Source: a bacterium
GTDB lineage: Bacteria; Hinthialibacterota; Hinthialibacteria; Hinthialibacterales; Hinthialibacteraceae
Direction of reading: 5' to 3'
Assembly: GCA_963662285.2 (NCBI GenBank)
Contig: CAXXMV010000008.1
Coordinates: 480,001-544,000, forward strand
DNA: 64,000 bases
The position numbers and the translations under genes are program-made. Each line of letters begins with the position of its first letter. The first letter of the stretch is position 1. Positions 48,433 through 57,600 of this stretch are shown one piece after another. Under the pieces are notes generated by a model. It was not told the origin of the DNA and did not search any database. It was given only the letters and a program-made list of their open reading frames with translations.

Positions 48433-49815
48433 ATGAGTGAATCAAAACTTTCCCGGCGTATTTTTTTAATGGGAAGCGCTGCGGCGACGATGGCCGGTTG
48501 CGCAACTACCAGTTCCATTCCGAGCCTGAAACGGTTGGGATACAAATCTCCTAACGAAAAATTGAATATGGCTGCTATCGGAGCAGGCGGCAAGGGCACG
48601 TCAGATATTGGCCAATGCGGCGATTTGGGCGAAAACGTTATTGCGCTAGCCGATCCAGATGCGAAAACAGCTAATACTTCGATCCAGAGATTCACTGGCG
48701 CTACTGTTTATCAGGATTTCCGCCAAATGCTGGACAAGGAAAAGAATATTGATGCCTGCACAATTTCTACTCCTGACCACGTTCACGCTGTGGCAGCCAT
48801 GGCATGTATGGAACGCGGCATCAATGTTTATGTACAGAAACCATTGACCCGTACCATCTGGGAAGCCCGCAAATTGACTCTGGCCGCCAGAAAATACGGC
48901 GTCGCCACTCAAATGGGCAACCAGGGACACTCCGGCGACGGCGTTCGCGATATGTGCGAATTGGTCTGGTCGGGCATTGCTGGCGATATCACTGAAGTTC
49001 ACGCCTGGACTAACCGTCCAGTATGGCCTCAGGGCATCGAGGGCGTCTTTGCTGATGGTAAACCTGGACTGCTTCCTGAAGAAGATATTCCAGATAATAT
49101 TGATTGGGATGCATGGATTGGACCTGCGAAATATCGTCCTTACAACTCAAAATACGCTCCATTCAACTGGCGTGGATGGTGGGACTTCGGCGGCGGCGCA
49201 CTAGCAGACATGGCCTGCCATATTCTCGATCCAGCCAACATGGCCTTATGTCTCGGCGCTCCAACAAGCGTTGAGTGTCTCTATGAAAAAGACAACAACG
49301 ACCAGACCTTCCCCAATGAAGCCAGAATTCGCTTTGAGTTCCCACGTCGTGGAAGCATGCCAGCTCTAAAACTATATTGGTACGACGGCAACCTGCATCC
49401 TCCGATACCTGAAGGCGTTAAAGACTTCAAAATCAGTGATGGCTCCAGTGGTTCAATCTTCATCGGCAGCAAAGGCGTTCTGGCGACAGGAACCTATGGC
49501 GGCGGCTCACGCTTGATTGCCGGCGAAAACATGAAAGATTTCCAAAAACCACAACAAATCCTCCCACGCTTACCAGGGAAGGAAGACGACTACAAACAGA
49601 AAATCGACTGGCTGCGCGCATGCAAGGGCGGCGCTCCCGCAGGCTCGAACTTTGAATATTCCGGCCCCTTCAGCGAATGGATTGTAATGGGCAACCTGTG
49701 CTTGAAATTCCCCGGCCAGAAACTGCTGTGGGATGCTCCCAACGCACGCTTCACTAATAACAGTGCAGCCAACAAATGGGTTAAACCAGATTACCGCAAA
49801 GGTTGGACATTGTAA
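48433..49815 (+). CDS. Tat-exported Gfo/Idh/MocA oxidoreductase (copy 2)
   Basis: Same length (460 aa) as 23369-24751, with 55 substitutions by manual count; start ATG 48433 after GGGGAG. Confidence 0.92.
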   Translation: MSESKLSRRIFLMGSAAATMAGCATTSSIPSLKRLGYKSPNEKLNMAAIGAGGKGTSDIGQCGDLGENVIALADPDAKTANTSIQRFTGATVYQDFRQMLDKEKNIDACTISTPDHVHAVAAMACMERGINVYVQKPLTRTIWEARKLTLAARKYGVATQMGNQGHSGDGVRDMCELVWSGIAGDITEVHAWTNRPVWPQGIEGVFADGKPGLLPEEDIPDNIDWDAWIGPAKYRPYNSKYAPFNWRGWWDFGGGALADMACHILDPANMALCLGAPTSVECLYEKDNNDQTFPNEARIRFEFPRRGSMPALKLYWYDGNLHPPIPEGVKDFKISDGSSGSIFIGSKGVLATGTYGGGSRLIAGENMKDFQKPQQILPRLPGKEDDYKQKIDWLRACKGGAPAGSNFEYSGPFSEWIVMGNLCLKFPGQKLLWDAPNARFTNNSAANKWVKPDYRKGWTL

Positions 49816-49845
49816 TTTCACCCAACTAGCTAACAACAATTATTC

Positions 49846-49877
49846 AAGCCGTTGCAGAAATGCAACGGCTTTTTTTT
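49846..49877 (+). terminator. Intrinsic terminator
   Basis: aagccgttgca-gaaa-tgcaacggctttttttt. Confidence 0.85.
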
Positions 49878-49892
49878 ATAGGAATGTTTTTT

Positions 49893-49980
49893 TGTCTGAA
49901 TCATGATAACCAGGATGAAAGGATGCGCATGATGAAAAATCCTGAATATCCTGCTAATCCAGGGTATCCAGATTCAGACA
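49893..49980. repeat. Family D inverted-repeat element
   Basis: tgtctgaatc...gattcagaca ends with internal caggat/atcctg units; partial copy at 27869. Confidence 0.65.
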
Positions 49981-50137
49981 TTTTATAACCAGTTCCCCGT
50001 TCTTTAAGAAAAAGCGTTTTATGCATTGAAAAAGGCGCTTTTCTTTTCTATCATAACTTTTCAAGAAAAAAACTTGATAAAGGTTGCTTTCTGATTCATG
50101 AACTGTTTGTAAAAATAAGCATAAGAAGATTTTTAAT

Positions 50138-51876
50138 ATGTTTCCTAAACGTGATTTAATTATTTTTTTTTTATTTCTTGCTTTTTATTATCTATAAGGT
50201 TTCTTCTTGTTCAGCCGGAAAAATTTCTCTGGGATATTTATTACACTCGAATGGCGCTAAATCCCTATTGGGGAGAGGGAGCGCCATGGGGTAGCAGAAT
50301 CTTAACTTCCTATCTTGTTTATTTATGTCCCATTAGCACCTCTCTTGCTTTCTATATTGTAAATCTTATATCCTTGCTTTTATCTACTATTGTATTAATG
50401 CTTCTTTGCAAAGATCTGGGGATGCGCAACGGATTACCGATTGCCGCAGCCGCATCATACTTATTTTCTTCCGGTGTGGAATGGCAAATTAAAGAGATAT
50501 GGTTTAATGATGCAATAAGTCATTTATTTTTAGTATTAATGATTTACTCTATGCTTAAAAAATATGATGCATGGGTGTGTCTTTTTTCTTTATTAGGAGC
50601 CTTAAATAGAACAACGGCGCTATATTTTCTCCCTGTTTGGTATATATACCGTTTTGGTTGGTCAATACACTTAAGAAATATTCGCTATCTTATCTTTGTT
50701 TGGAGTCCACCAGTTATCATAACAATATTGATACATGCTTTATGGTTTCCTCTTACTAGTTATTCATGTATCAAGAATATTGGCGGATTTGTGAGTAATT
50801 ACAATTTCTTTGAGTTTTATTTTGAGGATTTTTTTCTACATACTTCTTCATTCAACGATTTTGTAGATAGAATTTTCTCTCTTAATTTGGCCAATAACTT
50901 TTTTGGTATTTTGTTGCCACTGTTTTTAGTGGCAGTTTTTCGCCTTAAAAATCATTATAAAATCCTATCAATTTGGATAGTGATTGTATGGCTACAATTT
51001 TTTGTAGCTAGAGATGTCGGACGTTTGGAAACATATGCTTTCCCTGCAATGATCCCAATCTCGCTTCTTTATGTCGCTCAATCAATACAATCTGCAACCT
51101 ACCAAAAAATTACAGCGCTAGTGATAATTGTGCTTTCGATTTTTTTACCGATATCTTGTTTTTTCATAATGGGCTGCATAATATCTGCGTTTGTGTTCTA
51201 CATTGGAGAAAATAGGATTAACATATTAACTGTTTCTCTTGATATAGAAAAAGAACAAATAACCTCAAACCAGAACAATTATTTTTTGATACATATTCCA
51301 TGTATTTTGATGTTTCTGACTTTTGTTTGGTTTGGCGCTTTTTGTATGGAGACATACACATTGCGTCCAAGACCAATTTTTGGTTATCCACAATCATTGA
51401 TTAACCAGCAAAATAAAAGCATGACTCTTGGAGTTGCTGATTCAAAAGGAAATTTAAGGAGCATTCATAATTACTCCAACAAAAACACAAATGATTTATC
51501 GATGATTACTATCAGTGAATCTTATGAACAAATAATTATTCCTTTGGAGGATATGGAAAAAACAGATGCTAAACTTACTTTTCTACTAAAAATGTGGGGA
51601 ACAATTGAATTGGGGAACAGATTATATGTTGATCTAGGATTTGTGGATGGAAAAGAATTGATTCCCACCTTCAACCAATTCTCACAAATTTCTTCTAATT
51701 ATAGTATTAATCATTTCTCACAGTTATTCTTTCTTTATCGCTTAAAGAACGAGAATTGCTTAATAATCGGTCGCGATAACACTTGGAAAGGGAGATTTCA
51801 ATTTATGCTCTTTGATGTCACCCATATAACAAGAAAAACAAAAGAGTCTCCTATAAAAATCAAGGTAACGTTTTAG
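50138..51876 (+). CDS. AT-rich polytopic membrane protein, GT-C glycosyltransferase-like; 5' end frameshifted at a T10 tract
   Basis: Main ORF 50251-51876 has about 12 TM helices; its frame is open upstream to 50155 and contains LWDIYYTRMA. ATG 50138 joins this frame if T10 (50163-50172) is T11. Confidence 0.6.
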
Positions 51877-51905
51877 TCTTCTGAAAAAATAAATTACACT
51901 GAGCC

Positions 51906-52204
51906 GGGCGCCAAGGACAAAACCCCCTTGCGTCCAGCCGGATGTTGATATTCCAGGCGCCAAGGTCAGTGTATTTTCAGCCCTTGATCAAGCCACCAAA
52001 GAAAACAATCCACCGCCGCGTAGGGTGGGTCGGCCTCATCGACCCACCAAAAATCCACCTCAACAAACAAACCATTCTCGACTAACCACTGAAAAAAAAC
52101 CTCGAATCATCACGACGCGCCTGATATTCCGAGCGCCCATAAAAAGCGCCCCTACAAAAAATCCACCTACAATAAAAAGTAGGGGCAATCCTTTATGGTT
52201 GCCC
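51906..52204. repeat. Composite repeat cluster (two family B, three GTAG REPs)
   Basis: B at 51906-51930 and 51956-51997; gtagggtgggtc...gacccacc 52020-52048; gagcgcc...gcgcccctac 52131-52155; gtaggggcaa...ttgccc 52179-52204. Confidence 0.75.
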
Positions 52205-52275
52205 GGTGATAATTTCCACTTGCGGTTTATGCATGGGTAAAGACCAATCTGGAGAAAGAGCGTCTCATCCAATAC

Positions 52276-53757
52276 CTAAGCATCCGAATGCAGCAGACGC
52301 TTTAAGTGGCGCCCCGCCAGGAATTTGAAGGTATGCCAGGTGTGTCTGGGGCGGAGAATTAGGCGTTTGAATTGGCGGAAATCCTTGAATGGGCGAATAG
52401 TTTTATGCCAGTCCCACTCGTTGTACGCCATGCGTAAAGCGCGTTCCAGGTCTTCGCCGCTGAGGGCGTCCGTCCTGACAACAGCGGTGGTTCCGCCATC
52501 GTATTTCGACCAGTCGTGAGTTAGCAACTTGCCTTCTTCCTCCAACATCCGGTAGAAAGTCGAACCGGGGAATGGAGTCATGATGGAGAATTGGATGGTT
52601 TCGGGATTAAGGCGTTTGGCGAAATCAATGGTTTGACGCACGGTTTCCCAGGTCTCGCCGGGAAGCCCGAAACTGAAGGTCAAATGCTGGTTGATGCCCA
52701 ACTCGCGGGTGGCGCAGACCATCTCTTCCACTATTTTGAGGTCAAGACCCTTCTTGGCGTTATCGACCAGTTGCTGCGAACCTGATTCAACGCCGTACTT
52801 GATGCCAACCAGACCAGCGTCCTTCATAGCCGCCAGGGTTTCACGGTCAGTGGTATCAGCGCGCGCCATGGCAGCCCAGGGCAGATTGAGGTTGCGCTTC
52901 TTGATCTCATCGCAAAGCGCCAGTAGACGTTTCTTGCCAATGTTGAATGTGTCATCATCAAAATAGAACGAACGGAAGCCGTATTTTTCCACCATGGCTT
53001 CGATCTCGTCGACTACGTCTTTAGGATCGCGGGTGCGGTAGCGGTTGTTGCCATACATTATCTGCGGCCATGCGCAAAAGATGCACTGGAACGGGCAGCC
53101 CCGCGAAGCCCACATCTGCAAACTCGGTTCGGGAATCCCGCCAGGTAAATCCCAATAGCTGTGCATGGGAAGCTGGTCGCGCGAAGGCCAGGGGATGGTA
53201 TCCAAATCATCAATCAGTTCGCCGCGCTCCGTCTGATGAGCGACGCCTTGATCATCGCGATAAACCAGGTTTGGTATTGTTGAATAATCGCTGTTGGATT
53301 CGATGGCTTGGATTAATTGATGTAGAACAAAATCATATTCACCCTTGAGGACAAAATCCACCAGGGGATTCTCGTCCAGAAACTGGGTACGATACATGTC
53401 GACATGGATGCCGCAAAATATGATACGCGTATCAGGGCAAGTGTCTTTGATTTTCTGCGCCTGACGTAGGTCCGTATCGAATGAAGCGGTAGAGATTTCC
53501 AAAACTGTAATGTCCGGCTTAAAATCAATAGCGCGTTGGATAAAATCAGCTTCGCATATTCTCTCGGCTATGCCATCTACTAAACAGCAATCATAACCGG
53601 ACTTCTCCAGAATTGCGGTTGCGTAAGCCAAATAGAAAGGAAATGGAAGATAACGGGCGCCCTCTTCTTCAAAATGCGGCCAGCGCGAACCTGCGCGTAC
53701 GCCATAGTAACCTTTTTTAAACCAAGGGCCATTGCCAAGAAAAATTTTAATAGACAT
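52276..53757 (-). CDS. B12-binding-domain radical SAM protein (HpnJ-like)
   Basis: RAGSRWP, PFYLAYA, GEYD, SRGCPFQCIFC, FDDDTF, GVESG, GLPGET, TPFPGS. Confidence 0.88.
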   Translation of the reverse strand: MSIKIFLGNGPWFKKGYYGVRAGSRWPHFEEEGARYLPFPFYLAYATAILEKSGYDCCLVDGIAERICEADFIQRAIDFKPDITVLEISTASFDTDLRQAQKIKDTCPDTRIIFCGIHVDMYRTQFLDENPLVDFVLKGEYDFVLHQLIQAIESNSDYSTIPNLVYRDDQGVAHQTERGELIDDLDTIPWPSRDQLPMHSYWDLPGGIPEPSLQMWASRGCPFQCIFCAWPQIMYGNNRYRTRDPKDVVDEIEAMVEKYGFRSFYFDDDTFNIGKKRLLALCDEIKKRNLNLPWAAMARADTTDRETLAAMKDAGLVGIKYGVESGSQQLVDNAKKGLDLKIVEEMVCATRELGINQHLTFSFGLPGETWETVRQTIDFAKRLNPETIQFSIMTPFPGSTFYRMLEEEGKLLTHDWSKYDGGTTAVVRTDALSGEDLERALRMAYNEWDWHKTIRPFKDFRQFKRLILRPRHTWHTFKFLAGRHLKRLLHSDA

Positions 53758-53814
53758 CCGGTTGCATCCTCTGCTTTATTGCGGTGTAAATGATAAGAGA
53801 GTAATCCTCAAGAG

Positions 53815-54627
53815 TTATATTATTCCGAAAACGACCATAAAAGAAACCATCACTGGAACAACGGAAACGCAAAGCGCTTGCAAGAAAGTCAGTTTTTGTA
53901 CAATTTGAAATCCGCGCATACACATCATCACCGAGCCGATTTCCGCCATAAAAATACCGACAAACGGGATGATCAGCAGACATTGCGCTATCATCGAATA
54001 ACATCGAATCTGAAATGTAGCGTTAAATCCTTCCCTTCCCTTGAATAACAGAATTAAAACCTGCTGCATCATCGAAGCCAGAAATATATGAAATAATAAA
54101 TAGTTCAGCGGCATGGAAAGGATTTGCGAATTAGTAACCGATAAAAATCTCTGCTTGATCTCCTCTTGCATTTCAGCGGGAGATTGCTCTGCATCAGTTT
54201 GAAAAAGAACCATACCCTCAGGAGATATATTATCGAGAATTGATGGAAAAATGTATTTTATATAAATAATGTTCATCGGAAACCAGAAAACCATTATGCA
54301 GATTACGGCGAAAAGCAGCGGAGCAAGCATCTCTTTCTCTTTAGGAAGATTAGAGAAAAAGCGCACTGGTTGAAAAACGGCTTGCTTAGCGGTATCTAAA
54401 AATGCTCTTAGAGGCCCTAATTCACGCCAACTTTGCCAGGGGATGCTCTTGGCCGGTTTCGGTTTTTCTTCTTTAATATCCCTGACGCCAGCCGCATATC
54501 CATCCCAACATATTTGACAAAAAGGCTCGCCTTCCACTGTAATAGTGCAGGACTCACATATTTCGCGTTGACAATGGCGGCAAGTATGAACCGCTTCTTT
54601 ACTTGAATGATATTTACATTGACTCAT
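53815..54627 (-). CDS. B-box-like zinc-finger + Yip1-like membrane protein
   Basis: CKYH...CRHC...ICESC...CQIC N-terminus; IPW...P.RFF then about five TM helices ending LIIPFVG. Confidence 0.75.
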   Translation of the reverse strand: MSQCKYHSSKEAVHTCRHCQREICESCTITVEGEPFCQICWDGYAAGVRDIKEEKPKPAKSIPWQSWRELGPLRAFLDTAKQAVFQPVRFFSNLPKEKEMLAPLLFAVICIMVFWFPMNIIYIKYIFPSILDNISPEGMVLFQTDAEQSPAEMQEEIKQRFLSVTNSQILSMPLNYLLFHIFLASMMQQVLILLFKGREGFNATFQIRCYSMIAQCLLIIPFVGIFMAEIGSVMMCMRGFQIVQKLTFLQALCVSVVPVMVSFMVVFGII

Positions 54628-54965
54628 AAGATTTCAGGTAACAATAATTTCCAATATTTCTAAATTTTATACAAAACAGCGCTTTGAATATGCATAAAGA
54701 TTTGCTAAACATAACAACAGCAGCCTCTATAGTATGATATCGCAATCAACCTGAATATGTAAGAAATCGGGTTAAATTCATTTGAATCGTAATTTCAGAG
54801 CGGTTTGCATAATCACATTTGGCCTCCCCAAAAAGCCATTTATGACAAGAAAAATCTTCAAAAAACGAACTTTGCACGGAAAATGACATTTACAAACCTA
54901 GTAATTACAAATACTTATACCGCACTTTTCAACTAAGATCAATCATTTGATCTTAACAAAATAAT

Positions 54966-55000
54966 CCAGGGCGCATTGGATTTTACCCAACACGCCCCGG
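54966..55000 (-). terminator. Probable intrinsic terminator of 55031-55921
   Basis: On the minus strand ccggggcgtgttgg...ccaatgcgccctgg followed by attatttt. Confidence 0.55.
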
Positions 55001-55030
55001 TTTTTTATGTATAACATAAACACGATGCAT

Positions 55031-55921
55031 CTATTCAAATAAAGCCCAATTATCCAGTCCGGCGTCTGCTAGTTTGGTCATTTCGTAGGTTCCTGAAAAG
55101 GTTTTGGATACCAGATTGGAAACGTCTACGGTGAATTCCCAGGTTCCTGCTATATGAGTATTATCATCATTGCCCTGCCCTGTACCACTCAGGGTGAAAG
55201 TTGTTTCACCAACTATGGGAAGTTCAACAGGTTCAGTAGTATAGGTAAAATCAAATTCTTTCTGTTGTGAATAAGAGAAAAGTCCGGCCAACGCCAGCAT
55301 TTGGGCATTAGAAGACCCGGTTGGAGCATAGTTGCCCATCAGGGTTCCATCGGGATTCATGGTCACTTCGCCGGTCCAGTCGATATTGGCGCCAGTTAGA
55401 GTAATTTCCCACACGCCAGCCAACGCTGCTCCGGGAGTTCCGGGATCAAAACCATCTCTGGTGAGGATGAATGATTTTCCATCTGAATCGCTAATGTTGC
55501 CATCTGGAGTAGTATAAGTTTCTAAATTCTTCCATACGCCGACCACCATATTAGCGTCATCTGATATCATGCCTGATCCAGTCACAACAAGTTTAACAGA
55601 TATGGCGCCATCTGCATCCAAGGCTGTTCCATTGCCAACTCCGGTATATAAAAGTTGTCCATCTGCCAGAGCGGTAAACTTACCAGTATGACCCACGTCA
55701 AAAATATACTCGGTTTCACCAATTATGTACGGATAGGTTTCCGAAAAAACAGTATTACCATTGTTACTAATAGTAACTATACTTTGTTCGCCTCCCTCGA
55801 TATCCGTCTCTAGATTCCAATCGCCCTCAAGTTGATCAACCTGAGCCCAAACAGGCGACAGAGAAATAAGAATCCCTGCGCAAACCATCATAAGAAAAGC
55901 ATTGCGTTTGTTCAGATACAT
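55031..55921 (-). CDS. Secreted protein with two beta-barrel-like (lipocalin/avidin-like) repeats and C-terminal WALFE tag
   Basis: GGAGG RBS, signal peptide ending VWA; LEGDW...VGVW and LAGVW...AGTW repeats; ends AGLDNWALFE. Confidence 0.7.
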   Translation of the reverse strand: MYLNKRNAFLMMVCAGILISLSPVWAQVDQLEGDWNLETDIEGGEQSIVTISNNGNTVFSETYPYIIGETEYIFDVGHTGKFTALADGQLLYTGVGNGTALDADGAISVKLVVTGSGMISDDANMVVGVWKNLETYTTPDGNISDSDGKSFILTRDGFDPGTPGAALAGVWEITLTGANIDWTGEVTMNPDGTLMGNYAPTGSSNAQMLALAGLFSYSQQKEFDFTYTTEPVELPIVGETTFTLSGTGQGNDDNTHIAGTWEFTVDVSNLVSKTFSGTYEMTKLADAGLDNWALFE

Positions 55922-56289
55922 AAAAAAACCTCCATTAATAATTTTGAGGTTAGTTAATAGCAAAAGATTTGCCATAATATATAAATAATAAAAATATCAC
56001 TTAATCGTATCAAATATACCATGAAATACATAAAATATTTACATGTTCAATAATACAAATAATAGATTAATTCATCTTTTGTACTACACTGTAATCCTGG
56101 GATTTGTGAATCTGAATTTAGAGTGATTTCTAGATGGATAACAATAAATAAATAAATATATTTATTGTTATAGGTATAAATCTATAAGGATAAGTTACTT
56201 AAAATCAATAAAAATGAGAATCAGAAGGCAAAATACTCCCTTTCATGTAAGAGAACAGTAATTCATGCCATAAATACCATTGCAACATA

Positions 56290-57390
56290 TCAATATGGAA
56301 AACGGTATTGCAGCGGCGAGTGAGTTTGGTTTCTAGAGATATTACTCAGACCTTCGGATAGATAATCCAATAGGCTGCTTTCTCGTTTTTTGCGTTCAAT
56401 AACGGTCGGTTCGCCGCTGATTCCAGACATTTCAGCTGCAAGTTTAATGGCGTCTTCCAGCGATCCCAGTTTATCCACCAAACCCACCTTCAAAGCCTGC
56501 CGTCCGGTGTAGACTTTTCCTTCAGATACGGCGCGGGTGAAAGCAAGCAGCGTTTCCTTATCCGGGGTTGGATCAATTTTCACAGCAGTAGTAGTATCAT
56601 CAATATCACTACTGGCCGATAAGACAGTATCAGAAACAACGAGACCAGTCATGTCGTCATCAGGAAGCGTCCGCTGATATTTTTCAACAATATTCACAAC
56701 ATCCTGGGAAAGCGGGTATTTCACTTCTGTAGCGTCATCCCACTTATTCATCAGATGGGAAAACGGTTCTTTACGTCCTTTCATGACGGCTTCGACGAAC
56801 TGCTCATAGGTATCATCGATCACGCCCTGCATCATCTCACGTTCTTTATAGGAGAGACCTCTTTCCATTGAACCGAAATCCTTGTATTCGCCTGCTTTAA
56901 CTGTGTCGTAGGTAAAACCGATTTTCTCCATCAGTTCTTTGGCTACGGGAAACTTGGCGTAAACGCCGATGCTTCCCGTCATCGAACCGGCGGCGGAAAC
57001 GATCTGATCGGCGTTGCATGCCACATAATACCCTCCTGACGCAGCCACAGATCCGAACGACGCCACTACAATTTTTCCGTATTCCTCTTGGGCTTTAACC
57101 AGCGCCTCATATAAATCCTGCGAAGGACCGACCGCGCCGCCGGGACTTTCCACGCGCAGCACAATTGCCTGGACGGATGAATCTTCCTGATAATCCTGCA
57201 CCTGATCAATCCAATCCTCTGCATCGTAGATAATGCCTTCAACCCGCACCAGGGCTATTCGTTTTGATCCAAGTAAATTAGGCGTCGTGCCTTGCAACAC
57301 AAAAACCATCATCGTTGCGAATAATCCAACCACCACAATTACTACAATCAAGAAGGTTAAAAGAAGCAATATTCCAGTGCTCTTTTTCAT
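56290..57390 (-). CDS. sppA: Signal peptide peptidase SppA (36K type, S49) with internal insertion
   Basis: LRVESPGG, AASGGYY, TGSIGV, KAGEYKD, GKVYTGRQA..GLVD.LG. Confidence 0.93.
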   Translation of the reverse strand: MKKSTGILLLLTFLIVVIVVVGLFATMMVFVLQGTTPNLLGSKRIALVRVEGIIYDAEDWIDQVQDYQEDSSVQAIVLRVESPGGAVGPSQDLYEALVKAQEEYGKIVVASFGSVAASGGYYVACNADQIVSAAGSMTGSIGVYAKFPVAKELMEKIGFTYDTVKAGEYKDFGSMERGLSYKEREMMQGVIDDTYEQFVEAVMKGRKEPFSHLMNKWDDATEVKYPLSQDVVNIVEKYQRTLPDDDMTGLVVSDTVLSASSDIDDTTTAVKIDPTPDKETLLAFTRAVSEGKVYTGRQALKVGLVDKLGSLEDAIKLAAEMSGISGEPTVIERKKRESSLLDYLSEGLSNISRNQTHSPLQYRFPY

Positions 57391-57600
57391 AATCGATTTC
57401 AACCGTATCCTTAAGTATTGATTTTTATTTATAATACTATGTTCTTAATATTATTAGAACGATTCTTAAAATTAAGTGGATTAAAATCCCCAAATATGAG
57501 ACTTTACGCCGATACAACGCTTCTCATAAACTTTTGTGATCCGCTATAATCGAAATAATATAGTGATATCCTAAGTGTTAATTAAGAATTGAGCAATAGC

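Noticed and set aside
55976-56289. AT-rich intergenic region with palindrome (56138-56171) as a replication origin
   Set aside because: No cluster of DnaA boxes and no dnaA/dnaN nearby; more likely promoter or terminator DNA.
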